Assembly: GCA_010405405.1 (NCBI GenBank) | Contig: MU004233.1 | Span: 1,924,566 to 1,961,483 of the forward strand | Origin: Microthyrium microscopicum | Lineage: Eukaryota | Reading direction: 5' to 3' | DNA length: 36,918 nucleotides | Shown here: piece by piece, positions 11,801 through 22,784 of the stretch | Layout: each line of letters starts with the position of its first letter | How positions within the stretch are numbered: the first letter of the stretch is position 1 | The notes under the pieces: model-generated | The model's database searches: none | Told to the model about the DNA's origin: nothing | What the model saw: only the letters and a program-made list of their open reading frames with translations | Program-made: the position numbers and the translations under genes

Positions 11801-12610
11801 ATGAGTGGACCTCCTGCAGCTCGACAGAGGACTGGGGTAGATACTTGCCCAATTTGCTGCGACCAAATCACAAATCCGCGACAACTCCCTTGCTGCAGAC
11901 GTGCTATCTTCTGCTCAGATTGCATCGCAGAATGGCAGCCTGAAAAGCAGCGCCGGGCAAAGCCTTTCAGCTGCCCCCTATGCCGAGCAGAGTGCCCCAG
12001 CGACGTTGCTATTCCTTTCCCAGCCAGCTTACTTCGTAAACTTGTCGGTATCAAGTTTAGCGATCTACACAAAACCATCGCTCGGCTCTTGACCGGTATT
12101 GGACAGCGCGTCGCACCTCATGACAGAGAGACTGCCATGGCTCCATTCTTGTACTACGATTGCCGCAACTTTCTTACAGGCTATCGTCCACAAGGCAACT
12201 ACGATATCTCCTTAGGCTCTGCCTACGCAGTTCGCGAACACGCCTTCTTTCTCTGGGTGTCTCATGGCTATCCACGAAACGAATCTGTCTACCATCTCGT
12301 ATGCACGCAATGGTTGCGGCCCGGGCAGCATTTGTCAGACCTCCAGGAGATTGAGTGGCGACCTACTGGATTGCAGGATGTGTTTGAGGAAATGTTTGGT
12401 CGCAAAGTCATCGGAGCTGATCTGACTCTTTTCCTTCAAGGACTGCGAGAAAGTGGGCATCGTGCTGAATGGTTCGATACTGAAATTACACCAGCACAGA
12501 TCGGCCCTCTTGGCCAATGGCTTGCTGAAGTTTTCTTCCGAATTGAGGTTCCCAAGCATGAAAGAGCACTTCAAGGATATCGCGAGATTGTGCACTTTGA
12601 GTTCTCGTAA
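11801..12610 (+). CDS. RING-like zinc-finger protein with uncharacterised C-terminal region (about 269 aa; upstream in-frame starts possible)
   Basis: CPICCDQITNPRQLPCCRRAIFCSDCIAEW...CPLCR near the N-terminus. ATG 11801 is in good context (CAAC ATG). Confidence 0.72.
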   Translation: MSGPPAARQRTGVDTCPICCDQITNPRQLPCCRRAIFCSDCIAEWQPEKQRRAKPFSCPLCRAECPSDVAIPFPASLLRKLVGIKFSDLHKTIARLLTGIGQRVAPHDRETAMAPFLYYDCRNFLTGYRPQGNYDISLGSAYAVREHAFFLWVSHGYPRNESVYHLVCTQWLRPGQHLSDLQEIEWRPTGLQDVFEEMFGRKVIGADLTLFLQGLRESGHRAEWFDTEITPAQIGPLGQWLAEVFFRIEVPKHERALQGYREIVHFEFS

Positions 12611-13393
12611 GCGGAGCATAGTCTAGGAAATTAGTGTTTGGGGTCCGCGATACAAATTACCAGAACTTCATTGAATGTTATTTGCTTAAAGTCTATATGC
12701 AAAAGTATGAAGGGTGACTGTCCCTTTTTTGATAGGAAAATCTATGGAAGAGGTGAATTCGCTGTTTATAAACTAAGGTCGCTGCCACTTAATAGCAATT
12801 CAGATCTATTTATATGATCTTTGAATACCTTATCTGATGAACGTGATTACAGTGCTACGTCTACCATAAAGTCCAAAAGCTAAAAGTGATTCGATGACAA
12901 CACTCTTGCTGCGACTTCCCGTGAGTGTCCTGAACGGATTGATCTTTATTCTCAAATGATTGCTATGGCAATAAACATTGTACTTTCCGCGTTGTCAACA
13001 CTAGTATGAGTATGATTTTCTTCCGGTCCCTGCTTATATACCTTAAGTACTTGGTTGCTGCTGCCCATGAGGTAGTACTTTAAGCTCACCGCCTGCGTTA
13101 GGTAGGATACAGTTACTCGGCTGGTTGTTGACTAAACGACCGGCAAAAGTGGTCACTCAAACAAAGACCAATGCAGAGAGGTTCTCTTTCATAACAAGCC
13201 CATTGTGAAATCGATGTCAAAGAGCGCCTCGTTTATCAATCCTTTGTTCTTTCTTATATACCCAGTGTACATATGCACCACAGCCAGATATGGCGAATAT
13301 AACCATAAACAAATATTTCAAGATCAATTAAGTTCATACTGGCCTGCATTTCCAGACAAAGACCTCCAACACAGACTTCGAATTACCGCAAGA

Positions 13394-14368
13394 ATGACAC
13401 TGGAAATTGAACTTTCTCTTCTTCTCCAGCACGACAGCCAAGGCGGCAAGAATCCCTTGGAGATAATTCACCATGGTGGCCCAGTGCTCCGAAGTGGCGT
13501 CACTAATCGCATTCTGGTTCATATGGGAAGTTCTCCTCTAGCCCATCGCGCTAGGATGGAGGAAGCCATGAAGTTTGCAACATCTTTCCTTGGAGTTGTG
13601 GCAGGTATCATGGTAATCGGGCACGCTGGTATAGTGCCTAACGAACCAGTGTATCTTGACAATCCAGGCTGCACCATATTGCAAGACTACTTTTCTCGCA
13701 ATTCCGGTGAAGAGATTTTGCTGTTCGACCAAGGATTTGCAGGTTGGCAGGCCTTCCTCGGAGACTTCAAACGTTTGCTAGATATTGTGGGAAGCCTAGA
13801 CATCGAGTTTGTCCTTCTTAAGATGCCGGGCGACCTCGACTATCACGAGGATGATGTTCCAGCCATGTTGAACCTTCCCCAGTATGGTTGTACGCATTCT
13901 TTATTCATCCACCCGTCGAATTCAACTATTTATCCTCCGATGACCGATTGGGATCTGCTCAAGGGTAAGCGACTTGGAGATGCCGAACTCCATGCTCGTT
14001 TCGCTAATCTGCAAATGCTAATCAGCTCATATGCTGCCGCTCACCAGCTCGAAATCTCAGACAAGATTAATGGTGACTTAGCCTTGCGCATGTTGAAAAA
14101 CGAAGTCATCGGTATGGAAAAAATGCGGTATGCGCAGCGAATCAATGGTCCCAGCGGATCCAGTGTTGCAAACCGGATCTTCTATTATGATCATGCACTT
14201 CTGCAGCACAGTCACACTGCTGAGGAAGTCATCGAAGACCTCAGGAGAGCACATGCAGAGCAGCCAAATATAGATGTCGATGATCTGATTAACGCTTTTG
14301 GTCAGTTGACCACTCAAGTCGACCCGACTGAGGATCTTCTGGCGGCTCTCGCAGCGCTTGAATTCTAA
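13394..14368 (+). CDS. Hypothetical protein (about 324 aa) with a degenerate nucleotidyltransferase-like (HxGH superfamily) N-terminus
   Basis: Long open frame. PVLRSGVTNRILVHMGSSPLAHRAR...GVVAGIMV resembles the fungal NRILLYPGSFNPPHxGH...IVAAII pattern as I recall it. Start codon uncertain. Confidence 0.6.
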   Translation: MTLEIELSLLLQHDSQGGKNPLEIIHHGGPVLRSGVTNRILVHMGSSPLAHRARMEEAMKFATSFLGVVAGIMVIGHAGIVPNEPVYLDNPGCTILQDYFSRNSGEEILLFDQGFAGWQAFLGDFKRLLDIVGSLDIEFVLLKMPGDLDYHEDDVPAMLNLPQYGCTHSLFIHPSNSTIYPPMTDWDLLKGKRLGDAELHARFANLQMLISSYAAAHQLEISDKINGDLALRMLKNEVIGMEKMRYAQRINGPSGSSVANRIFYYDHALLQHSHTAEEVIEDLRRAHAEQPNIDVDDLINAFGQLTTQVDPTEDLLAALAALEF

Positions 14369-14760
14369 GAGGTTCGGCCATCATTCCTTCCCACTCAAAA
14401 GATGCATATGCTGACCTCTAGAACTGCTGCATTGCAGCGTAACTTTTGCTTTAGCAGACCTACAATGACATTTCCTTCTTCTCAAAATAATTCCCAGATT
14501 TGCTGCATAACTTGTGAAAAACTCAGAGACTCTCAAAGCAGAGTAATCGCTGTCCAGTCACCAAGGTGAAGTGCTGTGTCTGAAAGAGAAGGTGAAGCAT
14601 CGGACCGCGAACCCCACTGCTAACAGGTTGTAGCTGCATATGATCTGCCCTGGGAAACTTCCAAGTTCCAGAAACGACGCGCCTCTACCTTTGCCCCTGC
14701 CAATGAGAATGCCTGTTTGTTCGGTGACGGGCGGAATTGGTCGTTACTTCAAGATCTGAT

Positions 14761-14780
14761 CTCCAACCTCCAACCTCCAA
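14761..14780 (+). repeat. Short tandem repeat (CTCCAAC)x~3 upstream of the CUE-like gene
   Basis: ctccaac ctccaac ctccaa read directly. Confidence 0.7.
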
Positions 14781-14840
14781 CAACCTCCCGACCGACGAAA
14801 AACAACTTTTATAGCACTTCCATCGCCCACCGCATTCAGA

Positions 14841-15110
14841 ATGTCGCAGCAAAACACAAACACTTCTCAGCAACAACAGCGCGCTGACGCTGATCTCCTA
14901 CCTCAGGGTCAGGAACGATCGGAGCAGATAGAATACCTTCAATCCTTCGAAGCCTCCGCACCACAGACAGAAGACGATGTCAATCAAGCTACACTTCAGC
15001 GAGAATTTCCATCCATCGATTCAAGCCTCATTGCTGCCTTGTACTCAGATTCGGAGAAAAGCATCAGTGCGACACGAGAAATGCTTCATGAGTTGACTCG
15101 GAAGGATTGA
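14841..15110 (+). CDS. Small CUE-domain-like (ubiquitin-binding) protein, 89 aa
   Basis: LQREFPSIDSSLIAALYSD...ATREMLHEL matches the CUE FP motif and three-helix pattern. Confidence 0.78.
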   Translation: MSQQNTNTSQQQQRADADLLPQGQERSEQIEYLQSFEASAPQTEDDVNQATLQREFPSIDSSLIAALYSDSEKSISATREMLHELTRKD

Positions 15111-15940
15111 GCTTGTTGGAGAGCTTGGAATAGCGTCTGAATGGAACTGGCAAAGCGATCAACACCTAAATTACACGAGAACAATGAAGAACATGAGAAA
15201 AATCAGGGAGCGTAACAGCCAATCACTGTGAGTGATGGAATGAACCCTTTGGCTTGTTGCACTCGTGAAGATGCCATCATGCATAAAACTTAAGAACAAA
15301 GTCTTTCTCCAAAAAACACCTTTCCCAGCTGAACACTTTCCGATGGAAATCGGACAGCTTCGGTCCTGGCCCCTGAGGCACGGAAGCAACTCCGATGTGA
15401 TATCTCAACTGCTAGTGAAAGCCACTGGGATCGGTCCCATGAACTTCACACTTATCCGCCCCTTATGATATGATCTTCCAATTGATGATCATGGATATCA
15501 CGGTCCGCCTCCGGCCAAAGCAAATTATCAATCTACCTGCTCAATGAATTTCTTCTCGTCAAGAAAACACAAGCAAGATTTGTGAAATTGATAGGAAGTC
15601 GCACAATATTTGCCCTTTCTCCGGGTTTCAATGCTTACAATCTTCAGAATCTTGGTGGGTCAAGGATTCATCGCTTCCGCGCGTGCCGTCCATTGATACA
15701 CGTGGTGAACAAATCAATGGATTGCCCCCGAATTTAGATCCATTTAGCTACCAAAGCAGATCCGTATGGCATGGTAGTATTCGCTATGATGCCCAGATTT
15801 TACGTTCACTCATACTGCAACTTCTCAAGTAAATTCTACCATCCAACTCTCAGCTTGGAGAGGTCAATTCTATATCCCCATAGAGCAGAACCGCATCTAC
15901 CTGAAAGCCGCGAGGTTTCATCTACGGAAGTTCCCTTGAG

Positions 15941-17113
15941 ATGGCATCTATGGATGCATCTTCAGCTCACGCCCCAGCGATACCCCCCAGTCGAGGTCCT
16001 CAATTGATAGCAATCAGTACATCACTTTTCAGTTTGTCAACGTCAATCTTCGGGTGGCGTACTTATATTCGAATAAGAAGTCGGAGACTATGGTGGGACG
16101 ATTACTTTCTCATAGCCGCAGTGGTTAGCATAACTCTTACTCCGTTTCAACTATAAACAACGCCAATACTAATGGCACGTAGTCCATGGGAATCACCATG
16201 TACGGTCTTGTAATCTACACATATGCACTTGGTTATGGCAAATCCATGATGGAACTGGCAACAAAACCCGAAAAGATTGCTGATATCTTCAAGTTCAACT
16301 TTGCGCTTCAGATTATATTAATCTGGGCCGTCACTTCAACAAAGCTTTCTGCGTCCTTGACCCTTCTGAGACTCAGGGACAACAAGTACTGGAGATGGTT
16401 CTTGTACTTCCTCATGGCCGTTCTGGTTGGGTTTGCCATATCAAACCTTGCTGTAGAGCTCACCCAATGCCGTCCGCTTAGTACCTTTTGGAATCCAGAA
16501 CAGCCTGGATCAGCTTGCCGGCCAGGAACCGTCAATGCGCAAGTAGCACAGTTCAACTCTGGTTTGCTATAACATCTACCTTATCTTTAACCTCATGCTA
16601 AGTCTTTCTATAGGTTTCTTCATAGCGACTGATACTCTTTTATCGCTCATGCCTTTGACCTTCATCTATAAAATACGCCGACACTGGTTCGAAAAAGTTA
16701 TAGTGATGGTTCTTATGTCACTGGGACTTTTGGCTAGCAGTGTGGCTATCATCCGGCTGGTAGTCCTCCCAAAGATCCTAAAGACCAAGGATCCCACTCG
16801 AGACACAGTCACTCTTGCTTTACTAGGGTTGGGTGAGCTCTATGTGGGCATTTTTGCTGTATCCAGCCCGGCTCTCAAATCTAGCTTCTCAACGATACTC
16901 AAGAAGCTGGGCGTTCACGGAATGACTACAAAACAAACTACTGGCGGCCGAACGGCTCACTTAAATACCTTCCAATCGGACTATACTGGGCCAACAGCCG
17001 CGGGCTCTGAGCAATCATCGCCTCATCGAGAAAAGTTCCACAGCGTTGGCTCGGCGATATTACATGATGAAGAAGCAGGACTGACTAATGGTCAGCAAAA
17101 TGGCACGAGCTAA
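15941..17113 (+). CDS. Pth11-like (CFEM-less) fungal rhodopsin-domain integral membrane protein; exons 15941-16123, 16183-16561, 16614-17113 (353 aa)
   Basis: RTYIRI...LWWDDYFLIAA, GYGK, TKLSASLTLLRL, QCRPLSTFWN, TDTLLSLMP, ELYVGIFAVSSPALK. About seven hydrophobic segments and two GT-AG introns. Confidence 0.92.
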
Positions 17114-18111
17114 AGGTTAGAGTAAAATATATCTATCAGCATTTAATCCAGAAACAACATATTCGACTTTTCACAAGCAGTCGGCCAACGAATACTCATC
17201 CATGTCTGCGTAGAAGATTGTAACTATCATACATGGCTTGTGAACCTAAGGTCCCAAGTATTGTAAGCACTCTATGAGCTGGGCGATCCAACGCCCAAGG
17301 ATGGACCTCTTCTCGTTGATACCTGATACGGGGTACTAACAAGAGCTTGGCTGTATCGACAGAAGCGGTCATAGAAGCAACGTGTGCGCTCCCATCTGGT
17401 TGTCGGCAGATAAAGCGTGAATTTGATCTGCATAGCCATATCTAGGTTGCACGGGTTGGCATACTCTCAAGGGACAGCAGCTATCGTAATCGAATGGGAT
17501 CCATCCAAACGGCTCTCTTATTTTGAAGGCGAAGAGGCATAGTTAGAAGTATGCAGTACCAATCTTAAATCTTCAGAATGGTCGTCACCGTTTTAAGGGG
17601 AGGTGATTTCTTTGGTTTGACAATTGGGGCAGTGTAAGGTGTAGCCATCTAGCCATAACTTCCCGATAGTTCTGAAGTATACCTGGTTGTATAATTGTGC
17701 GCGCAAGCGACAACTTATCCCTGAAGTCACCAATACTTTCACTTGGCATTCCGTAGACAGCAACAGGTGGGCTACAAAATGGTGCCATACTCAGAAAACA
17801 TCAAAGTTACCCAAAACTGTTTGCCATTCACTCTTGTCATAAGGCTGAGCTCAAGGCTAGAAGATTTCCTAACTGACCAATCATACCGCGCATGATCCCT
17901 GCTGATGACGTACATGCAACCAGCCGCCTACTTGTTCTAGCCTCCAGGCTGTCATTCTGTCAACATCTCAAGCATCCTATTCCACAAGAGACATACCGAT
18001 CAGCACTCTCTGCATCTACCTGACAAACCACCTTTCAAGCCGTCGATCGTCTTCTCTTCCTACCGTCCAAAACATCTCACACAAACCCTTCACCCCGCCA
18101 CCACCACCGCC

Positions 18112-18854
18112 ATGTCAAGCAGTAAGTTTCCCTACCCGCGCAACCACATTCCATAAACTAATTCTTCCCAGGCACTCCCCCGGACTATTACAGCGTCCTC
18201 GGTCTCCAAGCCACCGCAACCCAAGCGCAAATCCGCGAAGCCTACAAAAAAGCCGCCCTAAAAACCCACCCCGACCGCGTCCCCTCAGACTCCCCCGAAC
18301 GCCCCGCTCGCACCAAACGCTTCCAACAAGTCAACGACGCCTACTACACGCTCGCTGACGCAACCAGACGTCGTGACTATGACGATGCGCGACGTTTCCA
18401 TGGATACTCTTCTACCGCTAGCACCGCCGCCGATGATGACGATCCCGATGAAGAGATACCGCGACCCGGTGGTATGCCAGGGGGTTTCAATTGGGGGAGC
18501 TGGTTTGGTGGACAGCAGGGCGCGGAGGAACGGGAGAAGAGGGAGCAGGATCAGTTTGGGAGTGCGTTTGAGGAGATGTTGAGGGAGGAGGGGTTGGCGG
18601 AGGGGGAGAGCGCTAGTCCGACAGGCAAGTTTTGGAGCTTGGTGGGTGGGTTGAGTGGTGGCGCGTTGGGTTTCATTATGGCGAACTTCCCTGGCGCTGT
18701 TGCTGGTGCGGTTGCGGGAAATCGGCTGGGCGCTATAAGAGATACGAAGGGAAAGAGTGTGTATGATGTGTTTCGCGAGCTACCGCAAGCAGATAAGGCG
18801 AGATTACTGAGTGATTTGGCTGCGAAAGTGTTTGCGCATGCGGTCAGTGGTTGA
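18112..18854 (+). CDS. DnaJ/Hsp40 J-domain protein with glycine-rich hydrophobic C-terminal region; exons 18112-18121, 18172-18854 (230 aa)
   Basis: DYYSVLGL...IREAYKKAALKTHPDR...FQQVNDAYYTLADATRRRDYD with intact HPD. Intron GTAAGT..CTAAT..CAG. Confidence 0.93.
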
Positions 18855-19022
18855 GCGATACAGGATGATGGAATGTTTGGCTGAGTTCGGATGGGAAGCA
18901 TTGGGATGGCGAGGAAAACATGACGGGATGCTCTTTGACCTATATCCGATTGCACGAGTAGATAAATATAATCCTTATGACCCAACGCCTTGCTAAATGC
19001 TCGATATGTGACTTGACCAGCG

Positions 19023-19739
19023 CTAATATTCCTTCTCGAAGGTCTTGATAATTGGATCCGCAGCCTCGATGAACTTCTCTAGGTCCTTATCCAAGTTTGC
19101 CAAGTCCTCCTTTCTTCTATTGTTCTCTGCGATCAGACCCTGCTTGCGCTTCAGCAGTCCTTGGCGCTTCTCCTCAAGCGCTTGTCGTTCTGCATATTCA
19201 TGCTCAATGCGCTGTATCATCAGATCGTGCTCTGAAAGGTCGCTCTTGTCCGGAAACATCGAAATGAAATCCTCAACTGGAATGAGTGGAAGGTTCGTGT
19301 ACTTGTGTCTGTTTCTGCATTAGCATCATTGCGCACACTAGCAACTTATTAATGCCACTTACTTGTATCCCTCGCACGCCGCAATCTCGCCTGTCAAATG
19401 TCGCTGCTCGTAGATGAGGTTCTGCAACTGCAAATGTAGCCGATCGACTTCTGCGCGCGCATCTGACGTTGTCTGTTTGGTAGAGCGCGTGCTCATCACC
19501 GCGTTTCGGTATAGAGTACGGACTTGTCCTGCTCGACCGAATAGCGCTTGTTGGTCCTTGATGTAGCGCATCTCATCTTCAGAGGGTGTGGTGGATCCTG
19601 TCGCGTCGGCGCCATTGCGCAGGTCGCGGAGCGTGGATTCTTGGAGCTCAAGGAGGTTGAGAGCTTGTTCGCGGAGGATATCAATGGTTTCGAGGACAGT
19701 GGCGAGGTCGGCGTCTGTGACTATTTCTGGAGATGCCAT
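19023..19739 (-). CDS. THOC5: THO complex subunit 5 (FMIP/Thoc5 domain); exons 19739-19363, 19308-19023 (220 aa)
   Basis: TKQTTSDARAEVDRLHLQLQNLIYEQRHLTGEIAAC..Y/..Y..LPLIPVEDF...EHDLMIQRIEHE. Intron GTAAGT..GCTAAT..CAG. Confidence 0.88.
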
Positions 19740-20645
19740 GTTTGTGTTGGTAATGAAGGAGGCTTAGGCTATAGGATGGGAGCTGTGGGAAGACTTTGAA
19801 GCCAGACGAATGTTCATCAAATTTTGGACCTCAAGCTGGTTGCTGATGAAGTGAAATGCAGATGGCGCTAGCCAGAAGAGGCTAGACGCATATCTGGTGC
19901 ATCTGCAGTCTTCAGTCGTGTGCTTCGCTTCAAATGTTCTCCTTCTTTCCCATAACATCAAGATTTCATTGTTCTAGTAAGCTAACGCTCTTGACAATTT
20001 CTGTCTCAGCTCAAACAGTTAACAAGACTGTGTAAGCCCTGTCAGTACTTTCTGTAGCCATTCCCAAAGTCTCAGCCATATCCAAAATTTGAGTATGTAT
20101 CCGATAAACAAAACGCGACGCGACACTCCTGCGGAGGTCATTGATCACGATTCTGATTTTCAAAAGCTACATAAATGCTAACAGGATATTCTAACACCAT
20201 CCTATTCAATTCAACGAATGTATCTGTGGCTAATTCCTTTCGACCTGGTCACGAACCTGTCAAATAGATTGCCTTATTTCGAAACGTCCGATTGCCGACT
20301 ATTGATTCAACGACTAACTACATCTAATAAAAGGAGATCTCTCATTCATCAGTTATCGTACACGGCTTCTTTGCGGCGAGCCGATGATTCGCTAAGTCCT
20401 ATTCATTAACCGAACTAAATTGGATCGGGCAATACAAGAGAATATTCCGATCTTATTCCATGAATCGAGATGAAAACTCGATGTATAGATTAATTAGTGC
20501 TATAGCTATAATAGGCCTTTTGACTAGGACACTAAAGGTCCTGGTCCTCGTAACTACGCGTTAGAAGTCATCTCATTGCCTTTAAAGTCCTTCATCGGCC
20601 AAGCAGTTTGAACATCTCTTCTAACCGCAAGCTTTCTTTCAAAAA

Positions 20646-21905
20646 ATGGCGATCCTCAGTGTCTTGTTGTTTGCTGGCGCAGCAGTCGCCCATACTGGAA
20701 TCAGACATATTCTCATCGATGGCAATATGTAAGCTCACAGTAGGGAATGTCTCCGAGAGCTTCACTAACAATTTACAGCTACCATCCATATGATTCCAGA
20801 ATCGATCCTCTCATAAGACCAGTCAGACGTATTGAGTGGTCTCATGATGCTATGGGCGCCACATTCAACCCTATCACCAACTTCTCGGATCCTAGCCTTG
20901 CTTGTAAGTACTCGAAATTGTATCGCGACTCGGGGCTAATAGAACAACAGGCCGTGAGAATGGCAAATACCCAGCACTAAAGGCCCCAGCTCGTGCTGGT
21001 GCTGAGGTCGCCACATACTGGACCCCCATCACCCGTATGCACAATGGCCCAGCTCTTGCGTATCTAGGACGCATCGACAGCCCCGAGACTAAGCCACAGG
21101 ACGTCAAGTTCTTCAAGATCTACGAATACGGCTTTAACAAGGAGAAGGGTAAGATCACCCACTCGTACCAGAGAGTATGAAGACAGTGACTAACGTCTCC
21201 TAGATCGGTGGGCAAACGAAGATGCTTCAGATCACTACGACAGCTTCTCATTCAAGCTCCCCAGCGACATCAAGGCAGGCACATACATCCTTCGCACCGA
21301 GCTCATCGCCATGCACGGAAACATGAAAGAGCTCAAGAGCAACGGTCTCCGCGGCCAAATCCAAATCTATCCCCATTGCTTCAACCTCGAGATCACCGGC
21401 AGCGGCACCGCCACCCCTGAGGGCGTAAACTTCCCCGGCGCCTATAAAGTCGACGATGCTGGTCTCACATTCCCGCCATTCGCTACCTACGGTAACGACA
21501 CCTCGCCCGGAAACGAGCATAACAGCAAATATGTAAGACACATCCCTCTAATTCTCCCTACATACTCACTTGCTAACCACCCAATGTCTACAGGTTCCCC
21601 CCGGACCACCAAAATACAACGGCAAATACGATGCCCCTGTCGGCCCACTCCCAGTGCCCACCGAGACTGGCATATACTCGCCTGAACTTGAGACCACCTA
21701 CCAGGATTTGATCCGCAAGATTGAGCGCCCAGCCTTGAAGTTGGCGACATATATCAACACTGTGTGGCCACATTACCATGCGGATGCTGATCAGATGAAG
21801 GCGTATGGCAAGATGGGCGCTGTGGCTGGAAAGGAGGGTAAGGAGGTTATGGCTGGTCTTAAGGCTGATATTGCTGCGTTCAAGGAGGCTGCTGGTGGTA
21901 AATAG
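20646..21905 (+). CDS. AA9 (GH61) lytic polysaccharide monooxygenase with C-terminal extension; exons 20646-20728, 20779-20903, 20951-21148, 21204-21532, 21594-21905 (348 aa)
   Basis: Signal peptide MAILSVLLFAGAAVA followed by His1 (HTGI), second brace His (MHNGP), FFKI, RWAN, LPSDIKAGTYILRTELIAMH, QIYPHC (Q-x-Y), FPGAY, PPGP. Four GT-AG introns with compatible phases. Confidence 0.93.
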
Positions 21906-22123
21906 TTGTGCCTACTAGTGTTCTATTGGATTTGTAGCAAGCGAGCAAGTTTCTAGCCCTGACTGAAGTCAATCTGTGTTTATATAAGTTTCAGTTGCTA
22001 TTGTGAGAAAGAGTCCTGCTTTTTTCTGGAAAGACAAACAGGTTTCGTGATATCTCTGTATTGTTGGACTAAGAATCAACAAGTATTGTCATTTTATGGG
22101 ACTGGATGTTCTATGCATTGAAC

Positions 22124-22784
22124 CTACTCTGCTAGACCTGGCTTTGGATATATGAAGAACAAGCTATAGCTATCACCAGTCGGTACATACCCAATACCTT
22201 GCAAGGCATTCAGCTCTTCCTCCTCTGATATCTCTGCGCTCTGCGGCTCGTACCTTAATGTCTGAGGTACATCAGGAACAAAACCACACTTCTCCAAAAC
22301 GTTGATACTAGCAGCATTGTCTGACCCAACCAAAGTTCCTATCGATAACCGCTTGGGCTGTAGCTCAAAAAGAGCGACCAAGAAGGCTGTGAGTGCCTCT
22401 GTCGCATATCCTCTGCTGGCAACTTTGGGATCGTACATGAAGTGCACTTGATCCCATCGATTGAGCCCAATGACCCCGACTATCATTTCGCCTCCATCAT
22501 GGTCTTCGTCGAGTTGGCGTTTGGGCCTGATTGTATACATGAAGCTGCGTGGGCCGTCTTTGATGTTTTGGATCCACTCTTGTGCTTTCTCGACGGACTC
22601 CCAGGGGCCAGAGAATCTGCGGTCGTTAGCTTCCATTGAAATGATCAAGTTCAGTGGGCGATAGCCTCTTCTGGACTGACATATGTTTGTGAACCTCTGG
22701 GAGTGATCGGATAGCGAAAAGATCTGGTGCGTCTTTCAAGTCAATTGGTCGAAGAACTAGTCGTTCTGTAGAAATTGCTTTCAT
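22124..22784 (-). CDS. GNAT acetyltransferase (RimJ/RimL-like); exons 22784-22681, 22616-22124 (198 aa)
   Basis: ISTERLVLRPI..DAPDLFAIRS.PEV, IVGVIG, SRGYATEAL, DNAASINVLEKCGF. Intron GTCAGT..GCTAAC..CAG. Confidence 0.9.

Noticed and set aside
17200..17790. Possible small gene or relic on the minus strand
   Set aside because: Only short discontinuous frames; no family motif or consistent splice model.
19309..19317. Tandem in-frame CAG acceptors in the THOC5 intron
   Set aside because: The proximal AG is very close to the branch site; there is no evidence of use.
6237..22784. Secondary-metabolite biosynthetic cluster
   Set aside because: No PKS, NRPS or terpene synthase, and housekeeping genes (THOC5, J-protein) are interspersed.
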